Positions 27,801 through 37,219 of a DNA stretch of 55,521 nucleotides are shown piece after piece. Origin of the DNA: Rhodothermia bacterium (GTDB taxonomy: Bacteria > Bacteroidota > Rhodothermia > Rhodothermales > UBA10348); assembly GCA_036985715.1 (NCBI GenBank), contig BTQE01000005.1:1-55521 (forward strand). Reading direction: 5' to 3'. The position numbers were made by a program, and so were the translations under genes. Numbering within the stretch: position 1 is the first letter of the stretch; each line of letters starts with the position of its first letter. Below the pieces are notes generated by a model. The model ran no database searches, had not been told where the DNA came from, and saw only the letters and a program-made list of their open reading frames with translations.

Positions 27801-28603
27801 ACGTACCATCCATCCTTCAGGGCGGTAAGCGGAAACAAATGGTCCTTAATCGAGAAATGTCCACCGTGTCTACCGTTAGATCTAATGGGGTGGTGAGCGA
27901 CCACGACCAGGTCGTCTTTTCGACGCTTGGTTACGATTTCCTGAAGCTCTAGAATCAGATCGGCATCTTCTTTGATATCGGCTGAACCCGAATCCCCGTA
28001 CGGTTTCACGGCACCCGTCATCCACCACTCGGTATCGAGCACGATCAGATATAAATTATCTTCCAGTTTTACTTCAACGGGACCCGGTAATCCATTGTCT
28101 GGTAGAAACGCATTCCTGTTATTCAAGTATGATTCGACAAATTCTTCCTGTCGGTTGACGAGATCCACTCTTTTTGTTGAGCCCCTGCCCCAATCGTGAT
28201 TTCCCGGTACGAATACGACTCGACCTTTGTAATTCTTGACGGCATCCAACTGGGCACGCAGTCGCATCTCGGCGAATGCCCGGCTTGAAGATGAGGAATC
28301 GGGAAGGCCGCAACAGTACACGTTGTCACCAAGGAAGACGACGGTACCGTTAGAGTCGGCTTCCTGTGTCATCCGTTGAAGCAATCGCAGCGTCGGCTCG
28401 GATGAGGAAGAGGCGGACCCTCCTGCATCACCGATGAGATATACCTCGTGCTTCAGCTCTTCAATCGAAGGAGGTGCAGCGGGTAGGCTCGTCCGATCAA
28501 ATGGAGAGATATAGACAGACGACGCGGTGCATCCGGCCAGAATGAGCAGAACGATCGGCACAAGCTTGTAGCGATGCTTTCCAGCCGTGTAGAACCAGCT
28601 CAT
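24846..28603 (-). CDS. Lipoprotein with calcineurin-like metallophosphoesterase + kinase-like domain + Omp85/BamA-TamA barrel; 1-nt frameshift at about 25058-25065
   Basis: LAGC lipobox; GDAG, GDNVY, GNHDW and GHEH motifs; DWDRHSDQW; barrel motif LGGRNNLRGW. The true C-terminus (FVDNGRVW...IIGVGLFY) is in ORF 24846-25046 in another frame. Confidence 0.85.
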
Positions 28604-28607
28604 ACGA

Positions 28608-29498
28608 TCAAGGCCCTTTCTCTGAGATTTGTGGGGAATATTTCACCAGGACTGCTCGGCTGCCGGCGCCCTCCGAAGCAAGAATCAAGGATCCGTCTGG
28701 CATAAAAGCAATGCCTTCGGGCTGCCGTACAATACTCTTATTCAACTTTTGTACCGCCAGTATTTTGCCCGTCATATTCGTAACAATCAGCAGTCGATTC
28801 GGCGAAGATAACAGAAATAGATGGCCGCTTTCAGGATGCACTGCGATGGCTGATGGTTTGAATCGCGAATGCCGGATACGCTTGCCAGCGAAGGCGGCCG
28901 ACAAGCTATCACTTGAAAGTACAAAGAGAGGCTGCTCGCTTACACGCTTGGTGTGAACATCGAAGCTGTAGACGGCCCTGGAGCGGCGAATTTTCTTACC
29001 TGCGTAGTCCTTGCAAACAACAAACAGGGTGCCGGACCTCGGGTCGGACGCTAGTCCTTCAGAATTGCAACGTCTCGACAAACGTGTTCGGATACGCTCG
29101 GACTGTATTCGTTTGCCCCACGTTCTGCGATCGGAACTGAACGTGAACAGGTCCCCGTCGCTCCGGAGGACAAAGAGTTGGCTCCCGAGTAATTCAACGC
29201 CCTCAAAGTCTCCCCGCCCACCAAACTTTACTGAATCCACGATTTTTCCGGTTTCCACATTGAGCACGAATAAGGTTCCATTTTCATCCTGAACCGCGGC
29301 CACATGGATAGAATCCAGGGGCGCGAGTCCGGAGATTTCATCCAGTTCGTGAGGGAGTTTGAAGATGGCATCGGGCTTTTCCAGGCGAAACGGAATTATG
29401 TCGACACTCGAAAGACCAGTCGAGGCGTTGGCCAGGAATGAAAGTGAAACGAGAGACCGTATCAGAAAAAGAAACAGATGGTATCCAGGAATCAGCAT
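28608..29498 (-). CDS. SdiA-regulated/YjiK-like secreted beta-propeller (phytase-like)
   Basis: Signal peptide; LDEISGL, AVQDE, GDFEGV, NSEGLA, FKPSAIAVHP, QPEGIAF, ASEG repeats. Confidence 0.82.
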   Translation of the reverse strand: MLIPGYHLFLFLIRSLVSLSFLANASTGLSSVDIIPFRLEKPDAIFKLPHELDEISGLAPLDSIHVAAVQDENGTLFVLNVETGKIVDSVKFGGRGDFEGVELLGSQLFVLRSDGDLFTFSSDRRTWGKRIQSERIRTRLSRRCNSEGLASDPRSGTLFVVCKDYAGKKIRRSRAVYSFDVHTKRVSEQPLFVLSSDSLSAAFAGKRIRHSRFKPSAIAVHPESGHLFLLSSPNRLLIVTNMTGKILAVQKLNKSIVRQPEGIAFMPDGSLILASEGAGSRAVLVKYSPQISEKGP

Positions 29499-29665
29499 AT
29501 TGGTTTTCGCTCGCGAGGGCTAACATTGCTAAGAGCTGTAATAATTAAGACTCAAGAATACCTGAGTATCAGCGCATGCCCATAATGACCTAGGAGGAGA
29601 GGCCTGTGGATTCGTACATTTGTCTCTCTAAATGATACACCATCAGCAAGGGGAATTCCGTTTTA

Positions 29666-30451
29666 ATGGAGCCTAACGAGAAGTTGAATCGAGATCAGTC
29701 CGAGCCAGAAGCGGGTTCAAACGAGGAGTCAGAATCATCCGCTGCGGATGTGTCGAAGGATTCGACTGCTTTTTCGGCGGCATCCGACTCACTGGAATCG
29801 TCCGTTTCCACGAAGAAGCAGAAAAAGAAAAAAGACGGTCTCGGCACATCTCGGGGAATCGAAACCATATTCAGGACTTCTTATAGAGTCCACATGAATC
29901 TGAGTTCGCTAGCAGATGCCAAGGCAAATATCATGATCAGTATCAATGGGCTCATCATTTCTATCATAATCGCTGCGATTTCTCCAAAGATCGATACGAA
30001 CCCCTGGTTGCTTCTTCCCACGACCATTATGCTTTTGGGTTCACTGATTTCGATCGTCTACGCGGTTCGTGCGGCCAGGCCAAGAGTAAGCAGCCAAATA
30101 GTGTCACTCGACGATGCGGGAAGTAAGCGAACGAACATTCTCTTTTTCGGACACTTCACGAATATGACTGAAGATGAGTTCGTTTTAGGTATGTCCAATC
30201 TGCTCTCAGATCAGACCTCGCTTTATCAGAATATGATCAGGGACATATATGGTCTAGGTCAGGTTCTGAAACGAAAATTTTCGTTACTAAGAATTTCCTA
30301 TACCGTATTCATGGTAGGCCTGATCCTTGGCATTCTGGCGTTCATATCAACGTATACATGGATCGTTATTAGTCTCGGTCCGGAAGAGTTATCGTCGATT
30401 TTACCATCCGAAGGCCCAACACTTCTCGCTAGCATGGGATTCGCAATATGA
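29666..30451 (+). CDS. Pycsar-effector-like (DUF5706/PycTM) membrane protein without an HD domain
   Basis: RGIETIFRTSYRVH..LSSLADAKANIMISIN, two TMs, ARPR, NILFFGHF, LGQVLKRKFSLLRISY, then a third TM. Confidence 0.82.
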   Translation: MEPNEKLNRDQSEPEAGSNEESESSAADVSKDSTAFSAASDSLESSVSTKKQKKKKDGLGTSRGIETIFRTSYRVHMNLSSLADAKANIMISINGLIISIIIAAISPKIDTNPWLLLPTTIMLLGSLISIVYAVRAARPRVSSQIVSLDDAGSKRTNILFFGHFTNMTEDEFVLGMSNLLSDQTSLYQNMIRDIYGLGQVLKRKFSLLRISYTVFMVGLILGILAFISTYTWIVISLGPEELSSILPSEGPTLLASMGFAI

Positions 30452-30969
30452 AAACGGTCATCCTGCTTCGGCATGGAAAATCAGATTGGGATGCCGATTA
30501 CGTTGGCGATCACCGGAGGCCCCTCGCCGGGCGTGGACAGAAAGCTTCGATTAAAGTCGGTAAATTCCTTGCGAGAACGAACCAGTTGCCCGGACTCGTG
30601 CTCTGCTCAACGGCCTTGAGAACGCGGGAAACTCTGGAGTTGGCCATGGATGCAGGAGAATGGACGGATGTAGATGTCAAATACGACAATACTATCTACC
30701 ACGCAGGCTACGATCAGATGCTCAGGTGTTTGGCGGCTCTGCCGGATGAGGTGGATCGGGTCATGGTTGTAGGACACGAACCGACAGCCTCACTTCTGGC
30801 CGGTCAGTTGATCGGCGGCGCTTCTCTCAATTTTCCAACTGCGGCAGTCGCTCGAATTGATCTAAACCTCGAACATTGGAAAAGCTGTCGCTCGGGCGTA
30901 GGCACACTCATATGGCTCATTAGTCCGCGTCTCCTAAAGAAAGGGATCAAGATATCTAAGAAGATTTGA
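30448..30969 (+). CDS. sixA: SixA-like histidine phosphatase
   Basis: LLRHGKSDW...D..RPL..RG, STALRTRET, VGHEP, FPTA. ATGA-coupled to the effector gene. Confidence 0.9.
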   Translation: MKTVILLRHGKSDWDADYVGDHRRPLAGRGQKASIKVGKFLARTNQLPGLVLCSTALRTRETLELAMDAGEWTDVDVKYDNTIYHAGYDQMLRCLAALPDEVDRVMVVGHEPTASLLAGQLIGGASLNFPTAAVARIDLNLEHWKSCRSGVGTLIWLISPRLLKKGIKISKKI

Positions 30970-33394
30970 TTTCTTCCGATTGGAAAGAACTGGATTCCAT
31001 AACCAGTTCCATGTCTTCACGTTCTTTCAGGTCCAGATCTGCAACCGGTTTGTTTTCAGCGACCTTGACCCGAAGTGCTTTCAGTCCGTGAACTCCCTGA
31101 AGCTGTTCAAGCTGAAGGTATTCGACTCCGGCTTCAACATACCCGGCAGCCTGCAAGTAATCCAGAAATCGGACGTACTCGTCTGCCTCTGCCTCCTGGG
31201 AATAGACGATGGCGATCATCCCAGGCTGCGTTAGACGCTCATTGGTGCTGGCAATCCGTACTTTGTCAATTCGTTTTTTGACGATTTCATACCGGATATT
31301 GTAGGCGCCGTCTACGTCAAACTTCTTCTCATCAATTCGAAAGCGAATCGAAAGAGGAGCTGACTGGACAAGTACGAGATGGGCCGTTTCCAGTGGCACC
31401 TCCAAGTGCGGTTTGAGCTTATTCATTTCCCAAACGACTCCAGCCATCGAAGTGAGCTGCCAGAGTTTGAGGTTTTTCAAATCCAGCTCATCAAATTCTC
31501 CACTTTCCTGTAAGGCAGAGCCAGCATAGATATTATACTCGACTCCGTCTGTTTTATACTTTTCGAAGTAATGAGGTACCATTGCCTGAGCTTCTTCCTC
31601 TCGCTGATCCAGGAAACTTGAGATGGTGTCATTCACGGCGGTCACACTGTCTTCAAACGCTTTTCGCTTCTTATAGACAACCCCGAGTTTTTCATCCAGC
31701 GCCTCTCGGTAAACGTCAACCTTGTCAGCGACAGTCTGAGAATACGCTCGTAGCCGATCAAACAATGGCTCGACTTCAGTCTGAAGAAGTAGAATGAGTG
31801 CGCGTTCGTCACCCGCTCTCGTCCCGGCGACCAATTCCTCGATATGCCTGCTCAGTCGATACCCTATCTCGTCGAGAGAAGGTCTCGGTTTGGAAACGCT
31901 GGCTTCGATAATCACAGACAACGCTAAACCCAGTTGTTCTACGAGATCATCTCTAATGGCGGTACTACGAAGATCAGACGATCCACGTATGTCGGTCATC
32001 CCGTAAAGCGGGTGTACATTTTCAAAAACAATGCCCGCGACTTCTCCCTGTTCACTTGAATTCTCTGAGAGAAGACGCGAGAGCGCCGCTTCTCTAAACT
32101 TCCACTCGACGACCGGGTGGATGGCCGTATACTGTTTTTTAATAATGGCCTGGACGCGATCTTCCTGTTCCTCCAGACTCCGATTGACGGACGTGGACAG
32201 GAGAGAAGTTATTTCATGGAGTTGTCGTGATTGCATCGGACCAATGTCGCAGCAGTTCGTCGATGCAAGCTCAAGAACCCCTACCACGTCATCCTTATTG
32301 ATCAAAGAGGCGAGGTAAATATTGCGAAAGCCCAACTCTTGAAGACGTCGTTCAAACGCTGTGTTTTTTTCCCGTTTGTTCAGGTCTTCGACATAAATAT
32401 GCCCGCCTGATCGAATGACTTCAGCATAGTAGGACTCTTGCCAGTTCTCACATTTCGGCAAGTCGGATTGAAGAAGTAGACTTCGTCCAATCGCTCTGGC
32501 CCCCGACACGCTTCCACAGCGACAACGGTCCAAAGCTATGAGGCCCAGGCGTAAATCTGGCAGCGCGAGGAGTTCCCGGATATGAGACTGCAGTCGATTC
32601 AGGTTTTCGTCTCCCGACAACGCGTCTTTCAGAAGCAGTGCATTCTTGAGTCTTGAAAGAACCTCTTGCTGAGTCACGTTAATGGCAGTCATCACGACGA
32701 ATCCATGAAACTCGAAATGCTCGGGTGGCAAAATTTCCATCCACAATTCGAGATTCAACGGTTCTGCCAAGAGACGGCGACGGTCCTCTTCTGACAAGTC
32801 AGGAATCGAATTCGGCGTACTAATCGAGACGAATTCCGGGTCGATAATTATTTTGTAGTACTCATTCAGACCCGTTTCTACGTCGACGAGTTCGATCACA
32901 AAATCAATGGGTTGCTCGACCTTCAAATCGTAGATGGATGAAGCAATCTTGTGATACGCGTTCATGGTCTTTCCGCGCATCATCTCATCCACGCCTACCT
33001 TGGCGCCATGAATGTGAACATGGAGCAGAAATTTTTCGAGAATTCCCAACTCGTCGAACAGACTTGTCGAATAAAACGAGTGAACGGCGAACGGCACGAA
33101 GGCCGATGCAATAATATTGTCCTGAAGAGCCGGGGGAAAAACGGCGGTCATCATCAATTCAAGAAGCTCTGGATGCCGTCTCAGATCTTCGAGTGAAACC
33201 TGAGACGTTTTTAGCTCCGGAGCGTTTTCCAGTTGGGTTAACACCTCCATTGCGATTGCGGCGTTGGTCGTCGACTCGGATGAAGCGCGTTGCTCCCAGA
33301 AATCGATCAGCTTTTGCAGCGAGGCAAAGCGTCGAAATGGAAATAAATCATCGAATGCTTGTACGTCAGCCGTACCGCGTATTGGGGGTGTCAT
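30956..33394 (-). CDS. GAF-domain protein with a putative class III nucleotide-cyclase-like C-terminus
   Basis: GAF region (VEDL...GFRNIYLASL...VVGVLELAS), then YGMTDIRGSS, EKYKTDGVEY, KFDVDGAYNIR, PGMIAIVYSQ, LQGVHGLKALRV. The cyclase call is inference. Confidence 0.75.
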   Translation of the reverse strand: MTPPIRGTADVQAFDDLFPFRRFASLQKLIDFWEQRASSESTTNAAIAMEVLTQLENAPELKTSQVSLEDLRRHPELLELMMTAVFPPALQDNIIASAFVPFAVHSFYSTSLFDELGILEKFLLHVHIHGAKVGVDEMMRGKTMNAYHKIASSIYDLKVEQPIDFVIELVDVETGLNEYYKIIIDPEFVSISTPNSIPDLSEEDRRRLLAEPLNLELWMEILPPEHFEFHGFVVMTAINVTQQEVLSRLKNALLLKDALSGDENLNRLQSHIRELLALPDLRLGLIALDRCRCGSVSGARAIGRSLLLQSDLPKCENWQESYYAEVIRSGGHIYVEDLNKREKNTAFERRLQELGFRNIYLASLINKDDVVGVLELASTNCCDIGPMQSRQLHEITSLLSTSVNRSLEEQEDRVQAIIKKQYTAIHPVVEWKFREAALSRLLSENSSEQGEVAGIVFENVHPLYGMTDIRGSSDLRSTAIRDDLVEQLGLALSVIIEASVSKPRPSLDEIGYRLSRHIEELVAGTRAGDERALILLLQTEVEPLFDRLRAYSQTVADKVDVYREALDEKLGVVYKKRKAFEDSVTAVNDTISSFLDQREEEAQAMVPHYFEKYKTDGVEYNIYAGSALQESGEFDELDLKNLKLWQLTSMAGVVWEMNKLKPHLEVPLETAHLVLVQSAPLSIRFRIDEKKFDVDGAYNIRYEIVKKRIDKVRIASTNERLTQPGMIAIVYSQEAEADEYVRFLDYLQAAGYVEAGVEYLQLEQLQGVHGLKALRVKVAENKPVADLDLKEREDMELVMESSSFQSEEIKSS

Positions 33395-33501
33395 TGATGA
33401 ATATGCAGATCGTGATGATTGGGTGATTCAATTAAACGAGTCGGTATGTGTTGTGTTGCGTAAATCCTGCTCTATGCGGTTATGGCAACGAAGCCAACTC
33501 T

Positions 33502-33540
33502 GTGGTACGTTACATACTGCCCGTGGTACGTTATATACTG
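33502..33540. promoter_or_regulatory. 18-bp direct repeat pair with a 21-bp period
   Basis: GTGGTACGTTACATACTG (33502-33519) and GTGGTACGTTATATACTG (33523-33540) in the divergent intergenic region. Confidence 0.7.
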
Positions 33541-33645
33541 GAGGTGTAGTTCGAATACAGATGGGATTGTTACACGAATAGTCAATCAAAGCGTTATTCC
33601 GATCAACTTTCTGAACCGTTTTCTGAACCTTACCGTCACCGAAGT

Positions 33646-35109
33646 TTGGACCCGAACACCTCAACCCCTTTCAACGCCAGTCGCGTACATCTAATCGGTC
33701 TTTTCGCAGGTCCGGCCGGCTTTCTACTCACGTTGGTCCTGGCTCCGCCCGAAGGCCTCAGCCTGGAGGGTTGGAGGGTTGCCGGAGTTGGTCTATTGAT
33801 GGCGGTCTGGTGGATGACGGAAGCCGTGCCTATCCCGGCAACTTCTCTGTTGCCACTCGTCTTGTTCCCACTTTTGGGAATTGAAGACATTCGCTCGACC
33901 GCTGCGCCTTATGCGAATCCCCTGATATACCTCTTTCTGGGAGGATTCTTAATTGCGGAAGCGGTGCAGCGTTCAGGCCTTCACAAGAGGCTCGCGCTCC
34001 TGATCCTCGGCAAGACGGGGAATTCGCCTAAGATGATCGTTGCCGGCTTCATGGTCGCTACGGCGTTTCTGAGCATGTGGGTGTCCAATACGGCGACGAC
34101 TCTGATGATGCTGCCGATTGGCATCTCCGTGGTCCATCTTGCATCGTCTTCTGTAGCAGTCGGGAAGGAGTCGATCCGCCGATTTGGAACGTTGCTCATG
34201 CTTTCGATTGCATATTCCGCGAGCGTCGGCGGTGTGGGTACATTGGTCGGCACGCCGCCCAATGCACTGATGGCTGGATTTCTCGAAGATACCTATGGAA
34301 TAGCCATTGGGTTCGCAGAATGGCTGTGGGTGGGAATTCCATTGGTAATTATCGGTCTCCCGGTCGTCTATGTGATATTGGTCTATGGTGTTTATCAGCC
34401 CGAATTCGACTCGATCCCTGGAGGACGCCGCATGTTCGAGAGGAAGTACACGGAGTTGGGTCCGTTTTCCAAGCGTGAATTCCGGGTCTCTCTTGTTTTT
34501 TTCGGTGTTGCCCTTCTATGGATAACGCGGCCGCTGCTCACGGGGGTCGTTTCCGGCCTTTCTGATCCTGGGATTGCCATGGCTGGAACCGTCATTTTGT
34601 TCGTTTTGCCGGCCGATTCACTTCGGGGCGATCGACTTCTTGCGTGGTCTGACGCTACCAAGATTCCATGGGGAGTGCTCATCCTATTCGGGGGCGGCCT
34701 TAGCCTGGCCGGGGCAATTGACAGTAGCGGATTGGCGGCGTGGATCGGAGATGGTCTTTCTCAATTATCTGTTCTCCCAACACCCGTCGTTATCCTTATT
34801 ATTACAACTACCGTTATTTTTCTCACAGAACTCACCAGTAACACAGCCACGGCTGCAGCATTTTTACCCGTTGTTGGAACTGTTGCGGTTGTATTGACGG
34901 GCGAGCCTCTGGTATTCGTGATTCCAGCGACGATTGCAGCGAGTTGTGCGTTCATGCTCCCTGTTGCCACCCCTCCGAATGCGGTAGTTTACGGGAGTGG
35001 ATTCATCACTCTTCCAGAGATGGCACGAGTCGGAATTTACTTGAATCTTGCCTTTATCGTGATCATTACCATTTTCTCGATCATTCTCCCAGCTAATTTG
35101 TTGAATTGA
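33646..35109 (+). CDS. SLC13/DASS family sodium:dicarboxylate/sulfate symporter
   Basis: WWMTEAVP, LSMWVSNTAT, GTPPN, TELTSNTATA, AFMLPVATPPNA. Confidence 0.95.
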   Translation: MDPNTSTPFNASRVHLIGLFAGPAGFLLTLVLAPPEGLSLEGWRVAGVGLLMAVWWMTEAVPIPATSLLPLVLFPLLGIEDIRSTAAPYANPLIYLFLGGFLIAEAVQRSGLHKRLALLILGKTGNSPKMIVAGFMVATAFLSMWVSNTATTLMMLPIGISVVHLASSSVAVGKESIRRFGTLLMLSIAYSASVGGVGTLVGTPPNALMAGFLEDTYGIAIGFAEWLWVGIPLVIIGLPVVYVILVYGVYQPEFDSIPGGRRMFERKYTELGPFSKREFRVSLVFFGVALLWITRPLLTGVVSGLSDPGIAMAGTVILFVLPADSLRGDRLLAWSDATKIPWGVLILFGGGLSLAGAIDSSGLAAWIGDGLSQLSVLPTPVVILIITTTVIFLTELTSNTATAAAFLPVVGTVAVVLTGEPLVFVIPATIAASCAFMLPVATPPNAVVYGSGFITLPEMARVGIYLNLAFIVIITIFSIILPANLLN

Positions 35110-35125
35110 TGCCGGCCTCTACATC

Positions 35126-36532
35126 ATGACGCAAACACAATTAGCCATACCCGCCGCCCACGGAAGGCCTCTCCGGTCGATCTCGACGGTGATACTCGGT
35201 ACGGACGACACGCGACTCGAGAAAATCTCAGCGCTTATTCGAGATGTCTCGGAGAGCGTGCGTGTTTTTCAGGTGTTGGAAGCCGAAATCGAGTCCCTGG
35301 ATCTGGAATCTGTTGGGCTCATCCTACTTGCGGATGCTGCTGAAGAAACACTCGCCAAGTTGGACGAGATTTTGGACTATACGGATCGAACGGTTCTTAC
35401 GTTCGCCTGTTTACCGGTTTCTGAAGTCGATACAATTCAGGATAAACTGCTTGATCATGTCGACGATATCCTGCTACATCCTGAGGAGCTTGCACTCCGG
35501 CTGCCTTTTGTCGAGCAAAGACTCCACAAGCGAGAGGAATCGCAGCGTCAAAATCGAGCTATTCTCGAAACAATTGTGGATGGGATTCTCACTATAGATT
35601 CGAGAGGTATCATCAACACGTTTAATCCGTCGGCGGAGAAGATCTTTGGCTATTCAGCACACGAAGTCATCGGAAAAGCCGTCGCAATCCTGATGCCACA
35701 ACCATGGAGTTCAAAGCATCAGTCCTATATACAGGAATACGAACGAACCGGGCAGGCACGAATTATAGGAATTGGACGCGAGGTCGTTGGTCTTAGAAAG
35801 AATGGAGAACAGTTCCCAATGGATTTGGCAGTGAGTGAAGTAAACTCGGAAGGCCAAAAGTTCTATACGGGGGTAGTACGCGATATTACCGATCGTCGTC
35901 AGCTTGAGCACGAGATTTTGAGAATTACCGACCAAGAGAGAAGGCGCATTGGACAAGACCTTCACGACGGTTTGGGTCAAATGCTCACGGGAATCGGACT
36001 CATCGCAAGAAGTCTCGTCACCAGAATGGAGCAGGAAGGCTCCAGTCATATCGAGGAAATGCGTGAGGTGACTGAGCTGATGAAAGAAGCCGACCGTAAT
36101 GCCCGAACGATTGCCCGGGGACTCGTTCCGGTGGAGCTCGACGTTAATGGTCTGGAGCATGCGTTGAGGATGCTTGTTACCGATGTCGAACAGTTGTTTG
36201 GAAGCCGGTGTACGTTTCATCAATCGGGTACGGTACCCGTACTTGAGATGAGTGCAATGACAAATCTATATCGCATAGCACAGGAGTCGCTGAGTAATGC
36301 CATCAAACACGGCAATGCGGATAGTGTGCGGATCGAACTCCAATCGAAATCTGGGAAACTCACGTTGTCTATCATCGACGACGGAATTGGTTTTTCCGAA
36401 GACTTACCGAAAAATCAAGGAATGGGTATTCCGATCATGAACTATCGCGCCCGGGCCATAGGTGCAACATTGGAAATAGGAGCCAGCGGAACCAAAGGAA
36501 CGACGGTGACGTGTTCACTGCCCGTCGAATGA
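35126..36532 (+). CDS. PAS-domain sensor histidine kinase (HisKA_3) with a FixL-like PAS
   Basis: FNPSAEKIFGY...LMPQP...HQSYI...TGQARIIGIGREV; ERRRIGQDLHDGLGQ; QESLSNAIKH; DDGIGF. Confidence 0.93.
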   Translation: MTQTQLAIPAAHGRPLRSISTVILGTDDTRLEKISALIRDVSESVRVFQVLEAEIESLDLESVGLILLADAAEETLAKLDEILDYTDRTVLTFACLPVSEVDTIQDKLLDHVDDILLHPEELALRLPFVEQRLHKREESQRQNRAILETIVDGILTIDSRGIINTFNPSAEKIFGYSAHEVIGKAVAILMPQPWSSKHQSYIQEYERTGQARIIGIGREVVGLRKNGEQFPMDLAVSEVNSEGQKFYTGVVRDITDRRQLEHEILRITDQERRRIGQDLHDGLGQMLTGIGLIARSLVTRMEQEGSSHIEEMREVTELMKEADRNARTIARGLVPVELDVNGLEHALRMLVTDVEQLFGSRCTFHQSGTVPVLEMSAMTNLYRIAQESLSNAIKHGNADSVRIELQSKSGKLTLSIIDDGIGFSEDLPKNQGMGIPIMNYRARAIGATLEIGASGTKGTTVTCSLPVE

Positions 36533-36560
36533 ACCTGTTTGATAACCGAAAGCGCCTGAT

Positions 36561-37211
36561 ATGACACGCATTCTGGTCGTCGACGATCATCCACTCATGC
36601 GAAAGGGACTCATCATGTCTCTTTCTGACGATCCGGACGTTGAGGTTTGTGCGCAGGCCTCTAACGCAGAGGAGGCCATGAGCCTGGTTGAATTGGAAAG
36701 CCCCGACCTCGTAATCGTGGACATCTCACTTCCAGGGATGAGTGGTCTCGAGCTTATAAAGCAACTGCATGCGATACGCCCCGAACTCTATACGCTCGTG
36801 GTCTCCCGGCACGACGAATCCCTCTATGCCGAGCGTGCAATCCGAGCTGGAGCACGGGGGTATGTCATGAAACTCGAAGCCGGGAACGTGATGACAAAAG
36901 CTGTCCACCGCGTTCTCTCTGGCGGTATTTATGTCAGTGAGGAGATTAACGAAAAGCTCCTGATGGGTATGGCAGCCGGACACACCTTGTCGAGTCACTC
37001 GCCGCTGGATGTATTGAGCGATCGAGAATTGGAAGTGTTCGAGTTGACCGGTAAAGGGTCTGGCACTCGAGAAATATCGGAGCGCCTGCATCTATCCGTA
37101 AAGACCGTAGAATCCTATCGTGCTCGAATCAAGACAAAACTGAACCTTTCTACTACTTCCGAGCTGATGCAGCATGCCGTTCATTGGGTGGAGGGCGAAG
37201 GTGCCCGCTAA
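36561..37211 (+). CDS. NarL/LuxR-family response regulator
   Basis: VDDHPL, VDISLPGMSG, LSDRELEV...LSVKTVESYR. Confidence 0.95.
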   Translation: MTRILVVDDHPLMRKGLIMSLSDDPDVEVCAQASNAEEAMSLVELESPDLVIVDISLPGMSGLELIKQLHAIRPELYTLVVSRHDESLYAERAIRAGARGYVMKLEAGNVMTKAVHRVLSGGIYVSEEINEKLLMGMAAGHTLSSHSPLDVLSDRELEVFELTGKGSGTREISERLHLSVKTVESYRARIKTKLNLSTTSELMQHAVHWVEGEGAR

Positions 37212-37219
37212 GTAGTTTT

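Noticed and set aside
29666-30451. Canonical two-gene Pycsar defence operon
   Set aside because: No co-transcribed standard PycC; the candidate cyclase is convergent, GAF-fused and divergent, so it is reported only as Pycsar-like.
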